Shown here in pieces: positions 43,018 to 55,965 of a stretch of 64,000 nucleotides of DNA. The stretch lies in assembly GCA_964016885.1 (NCBI GenBank), contig OZ024741.1:136524001-136588000 (forward strand), written 5' to 3'. The position numbers and the translations under genes were made by a program. Source of the DNA: Eledone cirrhosa. Lineage: Eukaryota. Position 1 is the first letter of the stretch. The number at the start of each line of letters is the position of its first letter. A model generated the notes under the pieces. It had not been told where the DNA came from. It did no database searches and saw only the letters and a program-made list of their open reading frames with translations.

Positions 43018-43257
43018 ATCGTTGTTATCCTCGGTGTTGGAAATCTCAGTTCCTTGACGAGGTGAAACTTTATGTGTAGATGTATCTGTGGAGTTGTTGA
43101 TGTCTTTTTCATGTGTATGTATGTTAATAGGTTTAATTTCTGTGTTTTCGTGTGAGTTAGTGTTATTTTTCTCCGCTTTGACGGTAGAAATTGTACAATT
43201 TTCGAGTGGTAACATTTTTTCCTCTTTGTTGACAGTCGTATCTATGATGACGTCCAT
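41444..43257 (-). pseudogene. Tx1 copy 3 ORF1, fragmented
   Basis: Poly-Asn N-terminus, CFRCGSTAHLKASC knuckle, KKPLLPTP, conserved C-terminal block. Confidence 0.75.
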
Positions 43258-43555
43258 AGTAGCGGAAGCAGATAGAACGTTAAAATCTACCTTTTTCTCT
43301 CTATTTTCTCTGTTTACGTTCTCCAGCGTTCTTGTCGTCTTATTCCTGTTTTATAGTTTTGATAAATTTGATATTTTAAAACAATTTTTAAAATAAAATG
43401 TTCACCCCTAGAGGGACGAAAAATGGGATTACCACCCACCTGACAATTCAGCTTGGGGTTAATCTACGAAATAATTTGTTTTTTCAAACAATTTGTTCTG
43501 TTTTTCGTATATAAATTTACAAAAAATCTTACCGGCGATGTTCCACGCGTCAGGC

Positions 43556-43658
<103 letters not shown>

Positions 43659-43827
43659 CAGACAGATTGATTGATTGATTGATAGTTAGATAATTAGATA
43701 GATAAACAAGTTTATTTTGAATAAAATCCAATAAGTTTAAAGCTCTAAATCTCAACCTATACAGAATCAGTTAAGAAGTGAGATATTGGAAAATTCTAGA
43801 TACAATCTTTCATTTGAAAAGTATTAG

Positions 43828-43901
<74 letters not shown>

Positions 43902-44021
43902 AGAGAGAGAGAGAGAGAGAAATAGATAGATAGGTAGATAAATATATATATATTTATTTATCTATATATCTATTTATCTATATATCTATATATCTATTTA
44001 TTTATATATATATATATAAAC

Positions 44022-44069
<48 letters not shown>

Positions 44070-44707
44070 AGTGAAGGAAAGAATCTTTTCTTCATACTTC
44101 CTTCGTTCTTCTTCTTCTTCTTCGGTACATTTATTAGTTACCTAATTGATTAAATATTTATGGGTTGCGGTTTTATTTAAATGTCGGTAAAGGCTGGCTG
44201 GCAGACATGTAATGTGATGTGGTGGGTGAGGTGGGCGAGGTGGGATTGGACGGCTGGTGGCAGGCAACGGCAGTAGACTTGAAGACGACATGTTTGTAAC
44301 GGTTAATTTATTTCAGAGTCGTCATCTTCAAAGAATCTTACGTTATAGATTAAAGCCAGTGTGTGATGTAAACTCGATAATTTTCTGACCACTATTACTA
44401 TTACTTTCATTCCTCTCCACTTCCCCACTCTCACCACTATTACTTTAGCCGCCCTTCCTCCCTCTACATGACCACTATTACTTTAACTTTCATTCCTCCC
44501 TCCCCACTGATCACTTAGTACTATTACTTCCATTCCTCCCCCTCTTCACTGTTACTATTATATCCATTCCTCCCTCTTATAATCACCACTATTTCTTTTA
44601 CTTCCATTCCTCCCCATTTTTTTCTTTCTTTTAATGTAGACGACTTCTTCTCTCTTCATTCTTCACTTTCCTATTATTCTTTTATTTCTTCATGTTATAT
44701 ATAATAT

Positions 44708-44780
<73 letters not shown>

Positions 44781-44823
44781 ATTATATATATAATATATTA
44801 TATTATATATATATATATATTTG

Positions 44824-44905
<82 letters not shown>

Positions 44906-44971
44906 ATAGAGAGATGTATAAATATATATATATCATATACACATGTGTATATATATATATATCATATACAC

Positions 44972-45029
<58 letters not shown>

Positions 45030-45058
45030 GTGTATATGATATATATATTTATACATAT

Positions 45059-45116
<58 letters not shown>

Positions 45117-45200
45117 TGTGTATATGATATATATATTTATACATATTGCATATATATATATATATATATATGCATGTGTATATGATATATATATTTATAT

Positions 45201-45295
<95 letters not shown>

Positions 45296-45374
45296 ATATA
45301 TTCTCCATCTTCGTTGGTTGGCTCGTTCATTCCTATAGAACACACCGAATAAATGGGCTGCAGCGAGAGATTTC

Positions 45375-45525
45375 CCTCCATCCCTCCATCCCCTCCACCC
45401 CTCCACCCCTCCATCCCCCATCCCCTCTATCTCCTCCACCCCTCCATCCCTCCATCCCCTCCACCCCTCCATCCCCCCATCCCCTCTATCTCCTCCACCC
45501 CTCCATCCCCCCATCCCCTCTATCC
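45375..45525. repeat. C-rich tandem repeat (ccctccatc-type); G-run-rich on the minus strand
   Basis: Repeated ccctccatcccc/ccctccacc units. Confidence 0.7.
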
Positions 45526-45643
45526 CTGACTGTAGCTCTAGAGTGATTAATGGGGCATGAAGATTTCAATTGACAACAATCACTAATACTTCCACAAAGT
45601 ATTGCTCACACTATTCAATAACAAAAAACTACCGCTTCAATAC

Positions 45644-45681
<38 letters not shown>

Positions 45682-45712
45682 GTATATATATATATGTATA
45701 TATGTATATATG

Positions 45713-45743
<31 letters not shown>

Positions 45744-45855
45744 GTATATATGTATATATATGTATATATATATATATATGTATATATATATTTATATATA
45801 TATATATATATATACATATATACATATATACATATACATACATACATATACATAC

Positions 45856-45905
<50 letters not shown>

Positions 45906-46048
45906 ATTTCAACTGTCATCGTCACCATCATTCCCATCATCATCATCATCGTCATCATCATCGTCATCGTCGTCACCATCATCATCACTATCACCATGGT
46001 CACCACCATCAACCTCGCCGCCATTACCAATCATTGCAACAACTGCAA

Positions 46049-46085
<37 letters not shown>

Positions 46086-46363
46086 ATCATCATCATCATC
46101 GATATTATCCCCATGAGCCTCATCATCACCATTATTAATATCATTATAATCATCATCATCAGCAGCGGCATCATCGTCACTATTATTTTAGTATAACCAC
46201 CCCCTCATCCTCGTTATCGTTGCCATGGTATCGTGTGTTTACGTCTGAAGAAGGATCGTTAGAACTTATCCTATACAGTCAACATTCCAGCTAAAATCTG
46301 AAATCAAATATGGCGGCTTTTAAGTTTGACCAACTTCCACTTAAGATCCTCCATCTCCAACCC

Positions 46364-46523
<160 letters not shown>

Positions 46524-46524
46524 G

Positions 46525-46602
<78 letters not shown>

Positions 46603-46609
46603 TCTCTCG

Positions 46610-46641
<32 letters not shown>

Positions 46642-46644
46642 ATG

Positions 46645-46681
<37 letters not shown>

Positions 46682-46691
46682 GTGTGTGTGC

Positions 46692-46723
<32 letters not shown>

Positions 46724-46765
46724 GTGCATGTGTGTGTATGTATGTATATATATATATGTATGTGC

Positions 46766-46817
<52 letters not shown>

Positions 46818-47123
46818 ATGTATGTATATATATATATGTATGTGTGTGTGTGTGCGTGTGTATGTGTGTGTGTTATATGACTTTCTATTTTTCTATCTAG
46901 TTCTGTATATAATATCTCTTCATCTCCTGTACATTTTAAGTTCTTTTAACTAATACGATGGCTGTTTTTATATGTGTGACTATACGTGTCTGTTGGTAGG
47001 TGTTAATGTATATAGCTGTTTGATGTTTGCTTCCTTTATTCTTTCTTTCTTATACGTTAATATTGTATCTATAAACTAATCACAATCAACTATAAGTTAT
47101 GATAGAGAAGGCTGTGTATATAC

Positions 47124-47268
<145 letters not shown>

Positions 47269-47296
47269 CATATATACATATATATATATATATATT

Positions 47297-47456
<160 letters not shown>

Positions 47457-47627
47457 TATGTGTGTGTGTGTATGGTTGAAGCAGCTTGTTCAAGACGTTA
47501 TGTATCCCAGGCTAAATAATATGCAATTTCACCCGTATGCACAATATTACATTGCCCAAAGTGTGGTTGACGAGGAAGTTAGACTCTTCTAGTCGTTCAT
47601 CCAGATGTTTCCTTACACACATATATA

Positions 47628-47706
47628 CATGGTGTCCCTCAAAAGTGCATACACAATATTTATTAGAATGCTGTTGAAGTGTATATACATTTTTGGCGAC
47701 ACCCTG
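47628..47706. mobile_element. Tiny Tc1/mariner-type MITE
   Basis: TA|CATGGTGTCCCTCAAAAGTGCATAC ... GTATATACATTTTTGGCGACACCCTG|TA: imperfect TIRs of CAGGGTGTC type with TA flanks. Confidence 0.55.
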
Positions 47707-47948
47707 TATATAGATAAATTTCTATTTATTTGCCACGAGGGCACAAAAGAAGGGGACATTTACACAGTGGGGGAGTTTACATAAATCGAGTAAAGAAAAA
47801 AGGAATAACAATAATAATATAACAATAAAAAGTCCTCAAAAGGGAGGGGGCGTGTTGGGGATTGCACATACCCCCGAAAAGTGTGCAACTCTTTTCGCGG
47901 GGGAAGCCCAGAGAGGAGGCGCTCCCCCTTTCCTCTTCACTTCTTCAC

Positions 47949-50900
47949 CTACAGAACAATGTAGAGAGAAGGCCCATTTACACGGGCCATTCTCGCTTCT
48001 TTCACCCACCTTTCATAAAACTGTCTGGGACCAAGCACTTCTCTCTCCATCCTGATTCTTCTTCCGAAGTGGTATCGGAAGAAGTAAACCAGGTGATGGC
48101 CGGAGAGAAAGTCACCCGACCTCAGACCTTTCAGGCGCGTCCACCACACAACCTCTTTCATCATGGTTATTACGCACAGAAAGACCGCCTCTGCTTCATT
48201 TCTGAAGGGAGGAGGCGGCTTGATGTTCACCACAGACTCGGCGGTTAATCGAATCGGCGCCACACGCGACAGCAGTCGTTCGACGTAGCCCCACAGATCG
48301 GCAACGCCCGGGCAGTGTACCAGTGCATGCGCAACGGTTTCCTCGTCGCGCACGCATCTGGGACAGATCTTTTTCGCGGGATCCCTGCCCGGGCGCCCGT
48401 GTCTGTAGAGCTTTTCTCGAACGGGCAGAGCCCCCCGGTAACACTGCCAGGCTAGGGACCTCTGGAAGTTGTCCATGGGTCCCGGGCCGAAAGTTCTACC
48501 GAACAGGCTGGCCAGTTCGTCCTCCTCCATGCCTAGCGACTCTCCAAGGGTGTCGTCGCCCCTGCTAGCCACCAACCCTCTATAGAATGTTGAGGTGGAT
48601 TCTCCACTGACAGTCGGGTCCGCTTGCCAGATAGCCGTGAGCGCCTGGGCACACTCAGTGTGCCAGTTGCCCAGTTTTCTCGGTCTTTGCTTCACCCAGG
48701 ATTGCAGTTCGGTGAGCGAGACGAGCTGTGGGAAGGCTCGCCTCACAAACGGGGCCCACACCGGCTGACCGTTGAGGAATACCTGTAGATGCCGTAGCCT
48801 CAATGCGTGCCTACGCATCAACAGCCACGGCATACCCAGCCCTCCTTTCGAAGGGTGCTGGCAGCAGATGGATCTCCTCACCATGGGAGGCCGCTTCTTC
48901 CAGAGGAACTGGAAGAGCATGCGTTCCATGATGGTGAGCTTTTCCTTGGGGCAAGGCACGACGGTCAGGCGGTAGTAGATGACGGACGCTATGTAAGCGT
49001 TCGTCACCTCCGCCCGACCTTTCAGTGATAGTTTGCACTTGGCCCACTTCTGGGTCAGCGCAAACACCCTGCTCGTCACCTCGCCCCAATTCTTCTCCAC
49101 CTGGAGGTCCGGTCCGAACCAGACCCCGAGCAGCTTCACCGGGCCCTCCGTCCACCGCCCGACGACACCGTCTAACGGCATCGGTTTGCCCCTCCACGTT
49201 CCGAGTTGCAAACCGACTGACTTGTCCTGGTTCAGCTTAGCCCCCGTCAGCCTTTCGTATTCCTCCAGTAGGGTGGCGATCGCCCCGATTTCCGAGGCGT
49301 CCGCCACCATTACTGTTACGTCGTCGGCATAGGCCGAGACCGCTTTGTGCAATCCCGGTTCCAGGGGTATGCCCCGCAGCAACTCCAACTTCCGCAGCAG
49401 TGGCTCGAGAGTCAATACGTACAGAAGGGAGGAGAGGGGGCACCCCTGTCTGATGGATCGGGTGATTTGAAACGGCTCCGAGAGGTAGCCGTTTACTTTA
49501 ATCCTAGAGTAGATGTTGCCACTGTGCATGGCAGAAATCCAGCCCCTGAAAACGGGTCCGAAGCCCGCCGCCGCTAGCACCGCATCCAGGTAACCATGGT
49601 CGACCCTATCGAACGCCTTAGATTGATCCAAGTTGATCAGGGCCCCACCAAAGCCGGGTTCGTAGCCAACCCTCTCTATGATGTATCGCATGAGGTGGAG
49701 GTTGTCGTGAATGGACCTGGACGGGATAGCGCATGTCTGCGCGTCTCCCACCAAACCACCCACCACAAGCGCCAACCTCTTCGCCAACACCTTGGCCAAA
49801 ATCTGTAACTCTGCATTCAGCAGAGTTATGGGCCTAAAGTTACTTAAGTCGTCCCCCTTGCTCTCGTCCTTCCTCACTAGCGTGACCACGCCCTTGGTCA
49901 CAGAACAGGGAATTCTCCCGTTCTGTTGCCAGTTGCAATAGACAGCCTCGAGGAGTTCGGAGAACAAGACCGGCATAGCTAAATAAAGTTCGTATGGTAG
50001 ACCATCGAGACCCGGGGATTTGCGTCTGCTGCATTGGCTGAGCGCTTCCCCGATTTCAGTGGCTGTGATTGGCCCTTCGCAGCACTCCGCTTCGCCGCTC
50101 GAAAGACGCGGTAGACCGTCGAGGTATGGACCGAAGTCCACATCCCCGTCCGGCCCCCCGCCACCTCCGAACAGTCGAGCAAAGTGCCTTTGAAAGGTCT
50201 CGCACATTCGCTCAGGTTCAAGGATCACCCGTCCATCCTGGTCTCGCAAAGACCGAATGGTGGATTTAATCCCACTCTTGGCTTCTGTCACGCGGGCCCA
50301 GCTAACAGCTTTGGTCCCCTCGTTTCCTAAAGCACGTATTTTACTTCGGACAACGCAGCCTTCGTGCTTCGCGTCAAAGAACTGGCTCAATGCCGTTCTC
50401 GTCGCTAACACTCTGGCTACGTCTCCGCTCCTAATCGCCTCTTCTAGTTTATCTGTTAACTCCCTTTCCCTCCTATTTCTATTCGCCGCTAGTTCCTTAC
50501 TGTAACCTATCGAACTTACTCTAATCTCTCTCTTTAGAGATATCCACCACCTACTGTTGACGATCGCTCCCGTCAACCGCATCTTAACTAAGCTACTAAT
50601 CCGGTTTCTGTAATCTTTCTTTGTCGGTAAGGACAAGTTCATCTTCCAGTAACCGGGACCCTGTCTATGCGTTCTATCAAGGTTGACCACGCAGGTCACT
50701 AATTTGTGATCTGAATAGCCAACCATGATCAGTTCTGGACAACTAAATACGTCCCTATCCTTACTCCTAACCAAAAACCTATCTAGGTACGATCTAGATT
50801 GTCCACTGCGGTTTGCCCAGGTCCAGGTTGGCGCAGTTGGACAATCTAGTCGAAATCTATCGACCAGGTCGAATCGATCGAGTAACCCCTTGAGGCTGCT

Positions 50901-51390
50901 ACACCCCCCTCTATCGGGACATGCCCCTGCATAGTCCCAACGCGCATCTAGGATTCCATTCCAGTCCCCCACTAAAAGCAGGGAACGCGACGTTCCTAGA
51001 AAAGTCTCCAGACGTTGGAAGAAGTCGGCTCTCTCCGCCCCGAAGGGAGCATAAAGACCGACCAGTCTGAAAGCCCCGCCTTCACCACCTCCGACGTCCA
51101 GCACCAGTAATCGACCCCCCGGGTCCGAGTGAACAATCTGTACGTCGAGAGTCAGACGTTTATCCAGCAGTACGGCAACTCCCCCCCCCCCCGCCTCCGG
51201 GTTGACAGAGAGATGCGTGCATCTCAAAGTCATCGAAGGCGGGCGCCAGCTGTCTCACGCTGCTGATCCGACTCTCGCAAACAACCATCACATTTATACT
51301 TTGTGACCTGAGGTCACTTAGAAGTTTTGCTTGCTTCCAAGCTGAGCTCAGGCCACGCGCGTTCAAACAGCCAACTCTCAATTGATCTAT
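47949..51390 (-). CDS. Tx1 copy 4 ORF2 (APE + RT + C-terminal Cys/His region); one frameshift in a G12 run, ATA at the expected start
   Basis: 1094-aa open frame with GDWN, SYLDR, SDH, SPGLDGLP, FRPITLLN, LDQSKAFDRVDH, RQGCPLS, YADD, CPRC..HALVHC; N-terminal LNARGL..CESR lies in the adjacent frame 51160-51381. Confidence 0.9.
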
Positions 51391-53223
51391 TTTGGTGTTG
51401 AAAGTGAAGAAAGAAAAGCACTTACCTCTCCGGGTTGCGTAATTTCCATGGCATCAGGTGTGTTGGGTGGAGGGATGTTTTGTGGTGGTGTGGGGGTACA
51501 CGTGTGTGGTGGGGTTGGGGTATTTGGAGTTGTGTCAGGGAGAGGGGCGGTTATGGGGAAATCTTTCAAGAGGACGCGATTCAACGGTTTTAAACAGGGG
51601 GGGCTCACGTCCCGTCTAAATTGTTCTTTTAAGGAACGATAAAGGTCCAGAGGGACCTTTATCATTTTTAAATGGGTGAAGTTCTCTGTTGAGATAAAGT
51701 TTGGCCCTTCGGTCTGCACCATAGGGTTATTGTTTATTAATTTAACCAGTTTTTTGTTTTCTTTATTTATATATGTGTATTGCAACGTCTTTTTTTGTGA
51801 TGCTGTCAATGTTTCGGAGAGGGGAGGCGCAGATTTATTTTTGTTTGTTGAGGGTGGGGTGTTTTTGATTGGAGTTGGTGTTTGTGTGTGGGTTATTTGT
51901 GGTGTGCTGGGTGTGTGTTTTCTTTTTTTTCTTTTAACTTGTCTGAAGGCTTCTCCTCCTTCTTCTTCAGAAGTTGGGGGAAACTCTTCAGCGCTAGGTG
52001 GGAGGGACGTGTTGTGTGGTTGTTTTTTTTTTGCGGGAGGGGTAGATTTGTTACTGTTTTTTTTATTATTTGTTTGGAATGGGTTTTGTGGTGGTGGTGG
52101 TGGTAATGTTTGTGTCGTGCTTGTGGTTGGTAATGGTGGTGGTGATGTTTGTGTTGTGGTTGGTGGTGGTGATTTTTGTGTCGTGCTTGTGTTTGGTGCT
52201 GGTGGTGGTGATGTTTGTGTTGTGTTTGTGGTTGGTGGTGTCTGTATTTTGTTTGCTGTGTGTGGTATTAGTGTATTTTTGGAGGTGGGTGGTGCTGGTG
52301 TACTGTTTGTGGTGGGTGTGGGCAATAGTCCTTTTTGGGGGATACGTTTCGGGCAGTTAGCCTTAACGTGTCCCCTTTCCATGCATAAATAGCATGCTGG
52401 TCTTCTCCCCTCTACAATTATGTCTATTGGGGTAAGGTCATCCAGCCAGATGCGATCCGGGATTTGTGCTATTCTTTCGGGCCTCATTTGGACTAGTATG
52501 TCGAGGCCCATTCCCAGGAACGCATCTCCAGTTGCCTTCCCCATTGACAGCATAGTGTCTTCGCCCATATCAATGAAGCCAGCAATAGCCCACCAGAAGT
52601 CCATTGTGGGCAGCATTGTTTTTACTTTTACCCTCTGTGTTCTTCTACCCATGTAGGAGGGATAGAAGCTATATGTTGTCGACGAGAGTGGGCTTAGGGA
52701 AAGCTGAACCGCCGTTTCTTTGTCTCTTGTTAGGACCGAAATGCTGCCATAGAGTCGGTCCTTTCGTATGAAGAGAATATTCTTCATATAGTCTTTTAGG
52801 ACTAACTCTATTTCCATTTGGCTGGGCTGTGCTGGCTTTCTTGACTGGTTTAGTATAGTTCTGTATATAACTGTGTTTTCTGCTCTGGCTTTCTTGAATT
52901 CTGGGGGGGAGTTAATGGAAAACATTCCGTTTTCCCCCAAAACAATATGTTTCTTTGCTTCGGCCAGTTTTTCTCTGGCGGCAGTTAGGTCAATTGGTGT
53001 GTATGTAATGGATTGCTTTGTTTTCTGGGCGAAAGTTGCCCTGTCGTTATTTGTATTATTTTCTGTTTGTTTGTTTTCTGTTTGCTCATTTTCCTTAACA
53101 TTTGTTTTTTCATTTTGTTTGTTTGTTTCAATGTCTAATTTTGTTGTAATTATTTTTTGTTCTTCAGACTTGGGGGGCGTGGCAGAGCTAATGGCAGACA
53201 TGTCTGCCATCTTTTCCGCCATG
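51387..53223 (-). CDS. Tx1 copy 4 ORF1 (CCHC zinc-knuckle nucleic-acid-binding protein)
   Basis: Uninterrupted frame of about 610 aa from the first ATG (MAEKMAD); CYLCMERGHVKANC; Pro/Thr-rich linker. Confidence 0.85.
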
Positions 53224-53468
53224 CTGCCAAGAAAGAAATTTTTCGGCAAAAATAGATATTTATTTTACCCCCTAAAAAGGGGGTAAATGCAAAAATGTTT
53301 CCCTAAATAACAGGGGTTAGTGTTCCAAATGTGTTGCACTAAAAGATTTATCCGGTACTTACAATAGTAAGGGTAAATCCCGATGGAATAGCGGAGCCGA
53401 TGCGAAGCGTGTCTTACTCTATCAAGATAGATAGATAGATAGATAGATGTGTGTGTGTGGCCTACTGT

Positions 53469-53508
<40 letters not shown>

Positions 53509-53749
53509 CATATTCTATACTTATATCCCATCTTGTAAATCTTTAATACACGAATCTGGTTCTGAAAAACAGTCTTCCAAAATGGCTTACTAATAACACC
53601 CGTGTTTTCCTCTTGAAACTTTTTTCATGTTTTCTTTCTTCTCTTACTCTCCCCGTTTATCTTTTTATTTCTTCTCTCTTTCATTATATCTTCCATCGAA
53701 GGAATAACGTCCGAAAAGTTAAGATTCTTTTCCCACTATATCAAGCATC

Positions 53750-53829
<80 letters not shown>

Positions 53830-54095
53830 GGGGAGGGTCATATTTGTGTAATATTGCCAGAATTAATAACAGAACACACTCACTGTTTGGTTGGTTTTCG
53901 CTTTTCGCTTGTGTGTCCTTTATATTGGTAATTTTATTTATTCGGTCCTCAATGTTGCCATTGACTGACCAACGGTCAAAAATACAGATACAATATAGAC
54001 ACAAACACATATATATAGTTTCAAAAAAATATATATATATATATAGCCACAACATATTGTTTTCCCTATTGATTCTTCTCATACATATATATATA

Positions 54096-54279
54096 TAGAA
54101 AATAGAATAGCTTTCACCGTATTTTTTACTAAAGAAATTTTAGCCTGATAATGGGGTTTAGAACCCTCAGATAAATGGAAAAATACTCATCTTTTTCCAT
54201 TTATCTGAGGGTTCTAAACCCCATTATCAGGCTAAAATTTCTTCAGTAAAAAATACGGTGAAAGCTATTCTATTTTCTA
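54096..54279. repeat. Near-perfect palindrome, 88-bp arms, 8-nt loop
   Basis: 54096-54183 is the reverse complement of 54192-54279 with one mismatch. Confidence 0.95.
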
Positions 54280-54420
54280 ATTTCAAACCTGCTCACTGTT
54301 TCAAAACATAATCTGAGTTTTTCGAATATTAATATCATTCGATTCGTTTGCAATTATGCAAACAAGCCTCAATTTTATAGCCAAGTCAGTAGAATGAACA
54401 CTTCATTCTTGCTCTTGTGT

Positions 54421-54498
54421 TGGCATGCGAACAGAACTGCAGACACTAATGTTTCTGGGTATCACCCTTCATCAGTACAGCTCACTGTTCACCTGCCA
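54421..54498 (-). ncRNA. Type I hammerhead ribozyme
   Basis: Reverse complement of 55003-55080. Confidence 0.8.
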
Positions 54499-55002
54499 GA
54501 GCTAGTGAAAATATATGCTATTTTCAAAAATACTCAGTGACTGATTGGCCTGATTTGCATATTAGCAGACTGGCTGATCAGTCAGATCTGCATATTAGCA
54601 GATCCACTGATCAGCCAGATTTGCATATCAGCAGACCGGCGAGTCAGTTTACCCTATACGAACATTCATTCTACTGACATGTCTTTAAAATTGAGGCTTG
54701 TTTGCATAATTGCAAACGAATCGAATGTTATTATTAATATTCGAAAAACTCAGATTACATTTATTGTATTCAGCCATGTAGAGCGAAATTTTCTTTTTTA
54801 TTTGAATTTGGCAAAGCCGGCCATTTATCGCTCGTATACAAGAAACTGACTGGCCAGACTGCTGATATGCAAATCTGGCTGATCAGTCAAATCTACATAT
54901 TAGCACATCCACTGATCAGCCAGTCTGCTATTATGCAAATCGGGCCAATCAGTCACTGTGTATTTTTGAAAATAGCATATATTTTCACAAGCCCTGACAG
55001 TT

Positions 55003-55080
55003 TGGCAGGTGAACAGTGAGCTGTACTGATGAAGGGTGATACCCAGAAACATTAGTGTCTGCAGTTCTGTTCGCATGCCA
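55003..55080 (+). ncRNA. Type I hammerhead ribozyme
   Basis: Long stem I (gaacag..gagctgta / tgcagttc..ctgttc), CTGATGA 55026-55032, stem II gggt-gat-accc, GAAA 55046, stem III aca-ttag-tgt, GTC 55057-55059. Confidence 0.8.
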
Positions 55081-55229
55081 ACATAAGAGCAAGAATGAAG
55101 TGTTCATTCTACTGACTTGGCTATAAAATTGAGGCTTGTTTGCATCATTGCAAACGAATCGAATGTTATTATTAATATTCGAAAAACTCAGATTACATTT
55201 ATTGTATTCAGCCATGTAGAGCGAAATTT

Positions 55230-55292
<63 letters not shown>

Positions 55293-55855
55293 GAGAGAGA
55301 GAATCTTGAGTAAAACACTGTTGCTACGGGTGCTATGGGAGGAAAAGCCTTTAACAACTGGAGTCCGCAATCTAATTTCTATACCTGGTGAAAGTGTGTT
55401 TCAACTAATATTTATTAGGTTAACCATTTTGATACCAACCTTGCTAAAATCGCCTCTGATTACATGAAAGAAAAGCAACTCTTTTGAAGGCTTCCTATTT
55501 TTATTTAAATCTTCCAACCCAATTTGATATAAGAGCCATATGTTAATTTCCTATCTTAGCAAAAAAATAATTAATCATTTTTGTAAATTTCTCAAAATTC
55601 TTCACTAACTCTTTTCCTACTAGCCTGAAACAAAAGCCGACTATTTTAAAGGGTTCCTATTTAAGTTAAAATCTTCTAAAATAATTTTACATAAGAACTT
55701 TTGTTAATTTGAATTACAAATACCTTCTTAATCAAGAAATAATTTATTTTAGTAAATCTTCCCAATTGTTTCATTAATCAATGCAAATACTGTGTATCTC
55801 ATTAGAAATGTGCTAACACAAAGATGAATCATTTCCCAATACGAGAGAAGACGTA

Positions 55856-55965
55856 GGCGTGCTGTCTGGTGGTTAAAGTGTAGGACTCACGATCGTAATG
55901 TGGTGGGTTCTATTCCTGGAACGAGCAGTGCATTGTGTTCTTGAGCAAGACAATTCATTTTATGC
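55856..55965 (+). mobile_element. Decayed 5' head of a second tRNA-derived SINE family
   Basis: A-box-like ctggtggttaa, B-box-like ggttctattcc, followed by gtgttcttgagcaagaca. Confidence 0.5.

Larger units (their letters stand above)
47716..53424 (-). mobile_element. Tx1-like non-LTR retrotransposon, copy 4, full length, nearly intact
   Basis: Open ORF1 and almost open ORF2; (GATA)n at the 5' flank; 3' end gccctcgtggcaaataaatagaaat followed by a short ATCT remnant. Confidence 0.92.
54309..55235. mobile_element. Inverted + partial tandem repeat unit carrying hammerhead ribozymes (Penelope pLTR-like, non-coding)
   Basis: 54309-~54660 is inverted relative to ~54835-55196; 54661-54800 directly repeats 55103-55235. 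Confidence 0.7.

Noticed and set aside
55856-55930. tRNA gene
   Set aside because: No complete cloverleaf; continues into SINE body sequence.
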